Positions 18,916 through 26,563 of a stretch of DNA of 32,000 bases are shown here, piece by piece. Both the position numbers and the translations under genes were made by a program. Positions within the stretch are counted from its first letter, which is position 1. The number at the start of each line of letters is the position of its first letter. Origin of the DNA: Promethearchaeum syntrophicum (lineage in GTDB: Archaea; Asgardarchaeota; Lokiarchaeia; Sigyniarchaeales; Promethearchaeaceae); assembly GCF_008000775.2 (NCBI RefSeq), contig NZ_CP042905.2:3600001-3632000 (forward strand). Direction: 5' to 3'. The notes beneath the pieces were generated by a model. That model was not told the DNA's origin and did not search any database. It saw only the letters and a list, made by a program, of their open reading frames with translations.

Positions 18916-19303
18916 GAGAATAATAAATCGAATTGCATTTATTAAAACAAATTTATCTTTGCTAAAAAAATTGATTCCTTCAAATATTGAGTTGTATATT
19001 AATAATCAGACTATTCAACTGGCAATTGAACGTCTATTACAGATTATAATTGAAGCAATAATGGATATATGTATTCAACTTGTAGGATACTTAAATTTAG
19101 GAATTCCGAAGTCAGAAACTAATATATTAGACCTTCTTGAAAAAAAAATACCTTCCGTTAATAAACTTCGGGAATTAAAAAAATTTAGAAACGTACTCGT
19201 GCACCAATATGTTAGAATTGAACCTCAAAAGATATTTGCCCATGCTTCTAAATTTCCAGATGATTTGAAAATAATTTTGCATGAAATCAATAAACTAATT
19301 TAG
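18905..19303 (+). CDS. hepT: HEPN/DUF86 RNase toxin (HepT-type)
   Basis: 132 aa. Rx4H motif in FRNVLVHQY near the C-terminus. Paired with the upstream MNT gene. Confidence 0.8.
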   Translation: MAYERIINRIAFIKTNLSLLKKLIPSNIELYINNQTIQLAIERLLQIIIEAIMDICIQLVGYLNLGIPKSETNILDLLEKKIPSVNKLRELKKFRNVLVHQYVRIEPQKIFAHASKFPDDLKIILHEINKLI

Positions 19304-19375
19304 AGTTGTCAATCTTCTCTCTCACAGTATTAAATTTCTTAAATTTTTATTAATTTTGAATAAATTTCGCAATTA

Positions 19376-19436
19376 AACTTTACAAGAACTTTAAAAGAAC
19401 TTCTAATTCAATTAAATATAATGCAACTTATTTAAG
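19376..19436 (+). pseudogene. Displaced copy of the NUDIX gene 3' end
   Basis: Reads NFTRTLKELLIQLNIMQLI-stop, versus the NUDIX C-terminus NLTRTTKELLIQLNIMDLNG-stop (18449..18511). Confidence 0.6.
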
Positions 19437-19551
19437 ACAAAAATAAATAAAATCGCCAATAATCGGTCTACATGATAATAATTGGATTCTAGAACGTTTA
19501 GGTATACACTCTGATTATATTAAATTAGAAACTATTATTGGAGAAAAAAAA

Positions 19552-19833
19552 ATGTATAACTTTCAATATTTCGATTTTGTAGAATTGTTCGCACAGGTTC
19601 AAGAACAATTCTTAGGCCTAAATTTATTATTTCAGATTTTAATTCTGATCGGACTGGGATTGATGACATACGGGATTTTTGCCTTAATTTATCAAGTGAT
19701 TAAAGCAGCATTTACGCTAGTTTTTGAAGTGGTAAAACAGTCATTCAACTTAGCTATTACTGTCATTAAAAGTCTTGGTGTAATTTTTAGCAGCGTTTTC
19801 GATCCAAGGCCTAAATATGAAGTAGAAGCATAA
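19552..19833 (+). CDS. Hypothetical small membrane protein (93 aa)
   Basis: ATG preceded by GGAG. One or two hydrophobic helices (LLFQILILIGLGLMTYGIFALIY). Confidence 0.45.
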   Translation: MYNFQYFDFVELFAQVQEQFLGLNLLFQILILIGLGLMTYGIFALIYQVIKAAFTLVFEVVKQSFNLAITVIKSLGVIFSSVFDPRPKYEVEA

Positions 19834-19900
19834 TCGAATGCTTAAACTTTATTTTTTTTTCCTTTCTTATCCACTTTGATTGATTTTCTCGTTGTTGAAT

Positions 19901-21178
19901 TTATTTTGTATGTTCCCGTATTATTTTCTGAGCAACTGCGTAACTACTTGAGATTGCTACACCTAATCCAGTTCCGTCACGAAATTCATCTTCATCAGTG
20001 CATTGACTCATTAAAAACGCAGCAGATCCTATCGCAAATACCTTAGAACAATCTTTTGTCGAATTAATTTCAAAATCATGCCCTAATCCCCCTGGAAATT
20101 CTAAATTGAGCTCGTGAAATTTATTGGCTAGCTCAGCTTCATCAGCTAAAAAACCTTTAACGAAAAGAGATCCTGTAGCAATAACAACATTTTTTGCCAA
20201 GATTTGAACTTTCTCCCCTTTCACTTTTTCAAATATACAATTCCAGTTTAATCCATGCCGTTCAAGCGAAGTTAAAACAAAGCCTTTATTTATCTGGGTT
20301 GACAACAATTCAAGTTTTTGCTCAAACTGATTGAACAATCGTCTAGACATCAAAGAGGTAGATAAAGCGGCTAATTCAAAACTCTTTCCAAGTAAATGAT
20401 TGTTTAATGAGGAGATTACTTTTTTTGGCTCAATTCCTAAAACTGGTGGAAATAAATAATAAGAAATTTTATCGAATTGTTCTTTTGGATATTGATTTCC
20501 TACCTCGTTTTTTATATAGTTTGCAAGTATACCCATAGAGAGCTTTTGTGAATCGAAAAATGCAGCAAGATTATTTAAACTTATTTTATCATCTTGGATT
20601 TTTTCCGCTAAATCAGAATCAATTTGAGCAAATAATTCAGAAAGTGATAAAGTTAAAACGAGAAATTTACCAGGGAATTGAGATTGAAGCCCTTTCGCAA
20701 CTAAATGCATAGCAGAATTATTAAATTCTTCAAATTCTATTAGCACACATAGGGATTCAGGATTAAATTTATCAAAATCTTTAAAAATTGTATCCCATAG
20801 TCCAACGCATAGTTTTAAATTTCCCAACATGGTAAGAATGGGTTGATTTATGTAATTATTCCCATCTTTGAATGCAAGAAAATTGGGAAACGCTTTAAAA
20901 AACTCATCCAGAGAATCATTTATCAAATCCATTCCGATTTTTGCATATGGATGTTGAGGGATTGAAACTTGAAATTTAGCCAATTCTATCGACAGATTTT
21001 CGCATGGAAAGTTCAGTAAATCGATCGTGCCTGCCCATAAGTTGCTAGCACCATATCCTGCAGAATAGATTTTACAATTTACACCATTTGTAGTGAGTAA
21101 ACGAGCTAGGTTCATTCCACTGTAGCCTCCCCCGACAATGCATACTTCGCATATTTCTGTGGGATCCATATCTTTCAT
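19901..21178 (-). CDS. glpB: Anaerobic glycerol-3-phosphate dehydrogenase subunit B-like flavoprotein
   Basis: N-terminal CEVCIVGGGYSGMN dinucleotide fold, ~425 aa. Its ATG overlaps the glpA stop (ATGA at 21175-21178). Confidence 0.7.
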   Translation of the reverse strand: MKDMDPTEICEVCIVGGGYSGMNLARLLTTNGVNCKIYSAGYGASNLWAGTIDLLNFPCENLSIELAKFQVSIPQHPYAKIGMDLINDSLDEFFKAFPNFLAFKDGNNYINQPILTMLGNLKLCVGLWDTIFKDFDKFNPESLCVLIEFEEFNNSAMHLVAKGLQSQFPGKFLVLTLSLSELFAQIDSDLAEKIQDDKISLNNLAAFFDSQKLSMGILANYIKNEVGNQYPKEQFDKISYYLFPPVLGIEPKKVISSLNNHLLGKSFELAALSTSLMSRRLFNQFEQKLELLSTQINKGFVLTSLERHGLNWNCIFEKVKGEKVQILAKNVVIATGSLFVKGFLADEAELANKFHELNLEFPGGLGHDFEINSTKDCSKVFAIGSAAFLMSQCTDEDEFRDGTGLGVAISSSYAVAQKIIREHTK

Positions 21179-22803
21179 AATTCCATCGCACCTCCCATGT
21201 AATACATATATTTTGATAATTTGATCTGTCGTTTTAGCTGTTCATCAGCCATTTCTTGAGTTTTCCATCTTTCTTCCATTGCGTATTTTAATTCCCTCAT
21301 AATTTGAGAATGAGACTTTTTGGACCATTTTGCTTCTAAATTTGCAATTTTATAGGCGCAGAATTGCGCTTGGCATGATCCCATCCCTTGTCGGGTTCTG
21401 CGTCGATAATCATCAAGAACTTCCACTCCTAAATTTTCTCTGACCCATAACAATTCAGGCTCAGAAACTTTTTCACATTCACAAATGATTCTAGGGATCC
21501 CAGATTTGATATTTGAGTCCAAACACGATAAACACAACTCTACGAGCTCGTCAGTGAAAGTTCCCCATTTTAAACTCATATCATGAGCAATTCTATCACT
21601 AACATGAAAAGAATCTTGGATTTCCTTTTTCGATACTATTCGTTCTCCACCGGGTAAAACCATTGTATCTGTTTGACATTTTTCTTCAATACCTAATTTT
21701 TGGCAAACTAAATCGGAAACTCGTTCTGCCATTAAGCGATAAGTTGTCATTTTACCCCCAAAAATAGTAACCAAACCGGATATTCCTTCTTCTTCGTAAT
21801 CGATGATGGAAAACTTTCTGGTAGCTTCTCTCATCGAACCAGAAGAGGATATTAATGGTCGTGCTCCTGAAAAAAAGCGAATAACGCGATATTTTGAAAG
21901 GCTAGGTATTAAAATTTCCCCTAATGAAAGTAACGCTTCGATCTCTTCCGAAGTAGCCATTAAACAATCCAGGTTTTCACTCGAAACCGGAATAGAAGAG
22001 GTTCCCACTAAAACTGATTGGTGACTTGGAACAATGATATCCCCATTTCCCGCTGGTTTCATCCGATTAATGATGCTGTTTACAAGTCTCTGATTAATTA
22101 CGAGTAATGTCCCTTTTGTAGGGGTAATATTTAATTTTCTGTCGATTGGCAGACCTTTTTCAATTTTTTGCGCCCACGGTCCGGTTGCATTGATAATGAT
22201 ATATGCAAATGCCTTAACCGTCTTATTATTGAGTTTATCGTAATATTCTACACCTTTTACTTGATTTTTTTCAATTAATAGTTTGGTCACTTCACAGTAA
22301 GTTTGAATTTTCGCTCCATGTTGAAGGGCATCAAGAGCGTTATAAATTGTTAATAGAAAAGGATCAACGTAAGCATCGTTTACTTTAAAAACGCGCTGAA
22401 TTTTTGGGTTGCAATTTGGTTCTTTTTTGAAAAACTCTTTCGGCGAGATTTCTTTATGATCTATTCCCAGTTTTTGACATACAAGATGGAGTTTATCACC
22501 ATATTTATTGTCTTCATCAGTGATGCCTACAAAATATCCTCCACAAGGATCGATTATATGGGGAGCAATTTTTTTCAAAATCTCATTTTCTTTAGAACAT
22601 TCAATGGCAGCTTCTGGATCTTTGACAGCGTATCTTACTCCAGAATGAAGCATACCATGATTTCGACCAGTAGTTCCCTCACTGAGATCACTTTTCTCTA
22701 ATAAAAGAACAGATAATCCTCGCAAAGTGAGATCTCGACAAATTCCCGCCCCAGTAACTCCACCACCAATAACAATACAATCAAATTTTGCATCTAATTC
22801 CAT
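21175..22803 (-). CDS. glpA: Anaerobic glycerol-3-phosphate dehydrogenase subunit A (FAD, C-terminal BFD-like [2Fe-2S] domain)
   Basis: FDCIVIGGGVTGAGICRDLTLRGLSVLLLEK...TGRNHGMLHSG (the DAO/GlpA-GlpD N-terminus). C-terminal Cys cluster CECEKVSEPE...GMGSCQAQFC. The track start 22812 is TTG; the ATG at 22803 is used here. Confidence 0.85.
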   Translation of the reverse strand: MELDAKFDCIVIGGGVTGAGICRDLTLRGLSVLLLEKSDLSEGTTGRNHGMLHSGVRYAVKDPEAAIECSKENEILKKIAPHIIDPCGGYFVGITDEDNKYGDKLHLVCQKLGIDHKEISPKEFFKKEPNCNPKIQRVFKVNDAYVDPFLLTIYNALDALQHGAKIQTYCEVTKLLIEKNQVKGVEYYDKLNNKTVKAFAYIIINATGPWAQKIEKGLPIDRKLNITPTKGTLLVINQRLVNSIINRMKPAGNGDIIVPSHQSVLVGTSSIPVSSENLDCLMATSEEIEALLSLGEILIPSLSKYRVIRFFSGARPLISSSGSMREATRKFSIIDYEEEGISGLVTIFGGKMTTYRLMAERVSDLVCQKLGIEEKCQTDTMVLPGGERIVSKKEIQDSFHVSDRIAHDMSLKWGTFTDELVELCLSCLDSNIKSGIPRIICECEKVSEPELLWVRENLGVEVLDDYRRRTRQGMGSCQAQFCAYKIANLEAKWSKKSHSQIMRELKYAMEERWKTQEMADEQLKRQIKLSKYMYYMGGAMEL

Positions 22804-23108
22804 AAAATTCAAATCTTAACTTTTTTTTCTACACTTGACTTAATTTTTTAAGATTTTAAGGTTTTAGATTTCTTTTTTTCATTGTATCTCTGTTTTATGC
22901 TAATTTCCAACCTTTTGTAGTCATTGAAAATTGAAATTCTTCTTTTAGATCTGCGATTAATTTTTTATCTCTAGCTGTAAACCAAAAACCTAAACTTAAT
23001 TTAACTTTAAAAAAAAATGACCCTTCCCCGTTAATCCATTGAATGAAAATTGATTCATTTGCATCATAATATAAGTATTTTAAAATGATTTTTTATAATT
23101 CATTATAT

Positions 23109-23612
23109 ATGGAATCATCAGATCGTGGTTTAAAAATAGGAACTATTGCTCCCAATTTCAGTTCCACTAATATTTCAGATGATAAGATTTTTGATCTCCA
23201 TGATGAAGTAAAAAAGTACAGAGGCGTCCTCATAAATTTCATTCGTGGTAATTTTTGAAGCCATTGAAATAAATTTTTTACTCGGCTGAAAAAGAAATTC
23301 GAAAAATTCAATGAATTGGATGTTAAACTCGTCGCGATTGCATCTGACACCACGCGAGAACTAAAAAAAATGAGCGAAAAATATGCTATGGTATATATCG
23401 CCGACTTAAATACAAAAGAAATTATTCGTGCGTATGATGCAGAGAAAATTGATAGCACTAAGAAACCGGAAAAAAACCTTAAAATAAAAGATGTGCTTCC
23501 TCTAAGTTATCTACTGAATAATAGGGCAGAAATTGTATGGAGATTTGTAGGTACGAAAGAAAAACGGCCTCCAAATAGAAAGATCTTCGCAGCTATAAAA
23601 AAATATCTATAA
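23109..23612 (+). CDS. Prx-like2 / AhpC-TSA thioredoxin-fold protein with two in-frame TGA codons at the CxxC positions (candidate UxxU selenoprotein, SelL-like)
   Basis: One frame from ATG 23109 to TAA 23610-23612 reads MESSDRGLKIGTIAPNF...YRGVLINFIRGNF-TGA(23256)-SH-TGA(23265)-NKFFTRLKKKFEKFNELDVKLVAIASD... This is the redoxin pattern G..AP.F ... F.RG.WCPxCn ... vaIS.D. The ORF track reports only the part after the TGAs (23316..23612, TTG start). An alternative start is ATG 23085. Confidence 0.75.
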
Positions 23613-23622
23613 TAATGAACAC

Positions 23623-23679
23623 AAATTTATCCGTAAACAAAAAATGGGATAAATTTGAATTTAGTGCAACCTAAAGTTC
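23623..23679 (+). other. Two adjacent hairpins in the 3' UTR of the TGA-containing gene (SECIS candidates or terminator)
   Basis: HP1: perfect 10-bp stem AAATTTATCC (23623-32) / GGATAAATTT (23647-56) with the A-rich 14-nt loop GTAAACAAAAAATG. HP2: GAATTTAG (23657-64) / CTAAAGTTC (23671-79) with a bulged G and loop TGCAAC. A T-run follows. Confidence 0.3.
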
Positions 23680-23724
23680 ATCCTTTTTTAAAATTCAATA
23701 AAAAATTGACCTGTTCAACGATAT

Positions 23725-24291
23725 TTAGGAAATTTTCTTTTGCATTCGTTTTGTTATCTCCTCAGGATGCCAAGGAATGTTTGCCAATGGTTTTTTTCCT
23801 GATTCGATGTTAAGATGAAGGATAGAAAAGCCCTGTAAGTTGAAAAAATCAGATAAATCTTGATTAATACTTTCCTCAGAAGCATTCTTTGAACGTTTGA
23901 AGCTAGCTTCTACCGATTTTAATAATTTTGTAAAATTAATTGCTGAAGACACCGTTTTTTGTCCTCCTGTTGTATAGTATTCAGCGTTATCTAATATCAA
24001 TATTTTCAGATTAGAGGGTTTATAGTATGAAGATGTGACTATTGAACTCATCCCCATCAGAAAACTCCCATCACCTAAAATCACAATAATTTTTCTTTTT
24101 TTCTCTTCTAATGCAATTCCTAAACCTACAGACATTTGTAAACCCAAAGAACCTCTTAGATAAACTTGCGGTTGATCTAAAATGTGAAAAACTTCTCGAC
24201 TGATATTACCAGTTGATCCTACAATTATATCATTTTCATCAATATAGTCTTTTAGTTTTTCAATTACTTCATACCCTTTCATCAGTTTCAT
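23725..24291 (-). CDS. comE: Sulfopyruvate / phosphonopyruvate decarboxylase, beta subunit (ThDP-binding C-terminal half)
   Basis: ThDP motif region ILGDGSFLMGMSSIVT...ILDNAEY. The start is reassigned to ATG 24291 (MKLMKGYEVIEKL), which overlaps the alpha-subunit stop as ATGA. The track ORF start at 24381 would overlap comD by 94 nt. Confidence 0.75.
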   Translation of the reverse strand: MKLMKGYEVIEKLKDYIDENDIIVGSTGNISREVFHILDQPQVYLRGSLGLQMSVGLGIALEEKKRKIIVILGDGSFLMGMSSIVTSSYYKPSNLKILILDNAEYYTTGGQKTVSSAINFTKLLKSVEASFKRSKNASEESINQDLSDFFNLQGFSILHLNIESGKKPLANIPWHPEEITKRMQKKIS

Positions 24292-24803
24292 TGGCTTAAC
24301 ACTCCTTTTTGAACTAAAAGTGCGACGGGTAACTGAAGTTTTTCCATTGTATCGATCGCTTCTTGCATTGTTTTTTGCCATTCTTCAATTTCTAATACCT
24401 TATAAGGCACTTTTAAGGCATTTAATAAGTCTTCAGTGACTTCTCCCATAATCGAATGTTCAGGAAAATCCCTATCGGGCAATAACCCGCGATAACTAAT
24501 TAAAAGCAGCATAGGTAATTTATATAATTGAGCTAAGGAAGTTAAAGCATCCCCAATATTACCTAAACCACTGTTTTGAAGATACACAATTGCTTTACGA
24601 TTGGTAAATGCCACGCCAGAGGCAATTCCAACTGCTTGATCTTCTCGTGTAGCCAAAATATGCTTGATTTTAGATTGATCAAACTCATTATCAAGATAGA
24701 TTAACAAATCTTTGAAATAGGAGCATGGAACGCCAGTTATTGTCGAGAAATTATTCTCTTCTAAAATTTTCAGAAATAATTTAGGATCAATTATCTCCCA
24801 CAT
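24288..24803 (-). CDS. comD: Sulfopyruvate / phosphonopyruvate decarboxylase, alpha subunit (PYR-domain half)
   Basis: ITGVPCSYFKDL...ATREDQAVGIASGVAF...VYLQNSGLGNIGDALTSL is typical of the split ComD/Ppd N-terminal half. The track start 24866 is TTG; ATG 24803 (MWEIIDPKLF) gives the usual ~170 aa. Confidence 0.75.
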   Translation of the reverse strand: MWEIIDPKLFLKILEENNFSTITGVPCSYFKDLLIYLDNEFDQSKIKHILATREDQAVGIASGVAFTNRKAIVYLQNSGLGNIGDALTSLAQLYKLPMLLLISYRGLLPDRDFPEHSIMGEVTEDLLNALKVPYKVLEIEEWQKTMQEAIDTMEKLQLPVALLVQKGVLSQ

Positions 24804-24881
24804 ATCATAAAAAAAAAAGGGATTATCGTTTAAAAAAACTATGAATCTGCTCCTATCTATGATCAAACATCAGAGTAGTTA

Positions 24882-25394
24882 TTAAAGATTAAAATAATAA
24901 TGAATTTCATTAACATATCCTTCTCCCTTTCGATTTACAAGCCCGTTGGGTAAAATTCCATATTGTTTAAATCCCAATTTTTCATAAAATGCCTTTGCAA
25001 CATAATTATTATCCCAAGTTTCCACCAAAAGCATTCGTCCGCCTTGGTTTTTTGCCCATTCACAAGCAAAATTAAACATCAAGCGACTTAATCCAGTTCC
25101 TCGATAGACTGGTGAGGTGACTACTGAAGATAGGTTAAATTTATCATTAGGTTTTGGACCCAAGCATCCTTCTAATGTACACGTTGCACACAATTCTCCA
25201 TCTATTTCAGCAACCAATCGCACACGAGTAATGTGAGGATCATGAAACCATGCATCTCCTTCTCTTACTTTTAGAATTCCTTCTTCAGAATTCATTTGAT
25301 CAAATAAATATATCACTAATTTAGGGGGATCAAGGTCAAAATTATATTCTCGAAAGGTGACTTTAGTCTCGTTAAAATCAATTATTTGTTGCAT
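24882..25394 (-). CDS. GNAT-family N-acetyltransferase
   Basis: Acetyl-CoA motif A VTSPVYRGTGLSRLMFNFACEWAK and C-terminal AFYEKLGF. The track start 25406 is GTG; ATG 25394 is used. Confidence 0.8.
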   Translation of the reverse strand: MQQIIDFNETKVTFREYNFDLDPPKLVIYLFDQMNSEEGILKVREGDAWFHDPHITRVRLVAEIDGELCATCTLEGCLGPKPNDKFNLSSVVTSPVYRGTGLSRLMFNFACEWAKNQGGRMLLVETWDNNYVAKAFYEKLGFKQYGILPNGLVNRKGEGYVNEIHYYFNL

Positions 25395-25450
25395 TATATT
25401 TAACACGAGGTAACTATCGTTATAAATTCTGATCCATTACTTCTTCCATA

Positions 25451-26518
25451 ATGGATGAAAATAAAACTCTTTCAAATTTAATTTCCAGAATAAAAAATGA
25501 TCCGACAATACTGGAAACCCATGAATCAATCATTTTAGAAAATGAAATGCGTTTAAAAGAGGATATTAGTTCATTAGACCAATTTTATGAGGCGATTGTT
25601 GATGGATATTACCTTATCGGGCGACGTTCTAAATGTGTTGAATTCACTAAACGTTGGTTATCAATTCATAAAGATCTGTCGCAGAATACAAGAGGAATTG
25701 CAATAGCAAATCATACTATGGGAATAATTTGTCAAGTTTATAAGCATAATCTTCAAAAAGCCGAAGAATATTACAAAAAAGCCTATGATATCACCAAAAA
25801 TAACCCAGATTTAGGTCTTCGAGACATGATGATTTATAATATGGCTAATATCTACCAACATTATAAAGGGGATTATCTAATCGCTTACCCCTATTATAAA
25901 GAAGGGGCAGAAAATGCCCATAAACAAAATAATCCCATTAGAGAAGCCTTTTTCGTGGATCATATGGCAATGAGTATGCATTGGCAGGAAAAATATGATG
26001 AAGCTCTAAAATTATTATACCAATCTCGAAAAATTGTTGCTCATGAAGCACGAGGTGATCACACACTTTATAATAGAATGTTGGAATCCTTAATTTTTCT
26101 TGAATTACATCAATTTTCCAAAGCGTTACAAGGAATGTTGAGTGTTATTGACATTAAAATCATGAATAAAGACGGTTTTACTCACAACGATTATTTGTTA
26201 TGTTTATCTGATATTGCACGAGAATTACCGGCAGAATTTGAGAAATATCAAGAGAAATTAAAACCTATATTAGAAGATAGTTTTACAGAAGAAGAAATTA
26301 TTGATAAAGCGGTTGCATTTGCAGAAACTAATGGAAGAGCAGATATCGTAGGAAAATCATGCTTATATAAAGCCAAATGGTTATGGAAAAATGAACAACA
26401 TGAGGATGCTAAGAAATTACTCAAAAAAGGTTGGAAAATTATTCACGAAGATTATCGAGGTGAAATAGTTCAATTATACAATAAATTTATAAACCAAAAT
26501 CAGATAATTTTAGATTAG
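25451..26518 (+). CDS. TPR-like helical repeat protein
   Basis: 355 aa, all-helical with repeated A..Y...A pattern units (AEEYYKKAYDITKNN, MANIYQHYKGDYLIAYPYYKEGAENA, EKYDEALKLLYQS). Confidence 0.6.
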   Translation: MDENKTLSNLISRIKNDPTILETHESIILENEMRLKEDISSLDQFYEAIVDGYYLIGRRSKCVEFTKRWLSIHKDLSQNTRGIAIANHTMGIICQVYKHNLQKAEEYYKKAYDITKNNPDLGLRDMMIYNMANIYQHYKGDYLIAYPYYKEGAENAHKQNNPIREAFFVDHMAMSMHWQEKYDEALKLLYQSRKIVAHEARGDHTLYNRMLESLIFLELHQFSKALQGMLSVIDIKIMNKDGFTHNDYLLCLSDIARELPAEFEKYQEKLKPILEDSFTEEEIIDKAVAFAETNGRADIVGKSCLYKAKWLWKNEQHEDAKKLLKKGWKIIHEDYRGEIVQLYNKFINQNQIILD

Positions 26519-26563
26519 ATTTACAGAATCATACAGCAATTAAAGAAAAAAAGAATTTCCAAC

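Noticed and set aside
22880-23070. Minus-strand mini-ORF interrupted at an A9/T9 run (23009-23017). With +1 slippage it would read MMQMNQFSFNGLTGKGHFFFKVKLSLGFWFTARDKKLIADLKEEFQFSMTTKGWKLA, faintly reminiscent of a LAGLIDADG homing-endonuclease core (G..G.G.F ... kD..L...ik..F).
   Set aside because: It is only ~60 aa and requires a frameshift. The acidic catalytic positions are not conserved (LTGKG instead of LxDGDG). It lies in the divergent promoter region of glpA and the redoxin gene. The resemblance is too weak without a profile search.
23093-23458. 121-aa minus-strand ORF covering the N-terminal half of the redoxin locus
   Set aside because: Its sequence is low-complexity, Ser/Phe-rich and domain-free. 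It is antisense to a frame with a clear redoxin-family pattern, so it is best explained as an antisense artefact of the TGA-containing plus-strand gene.
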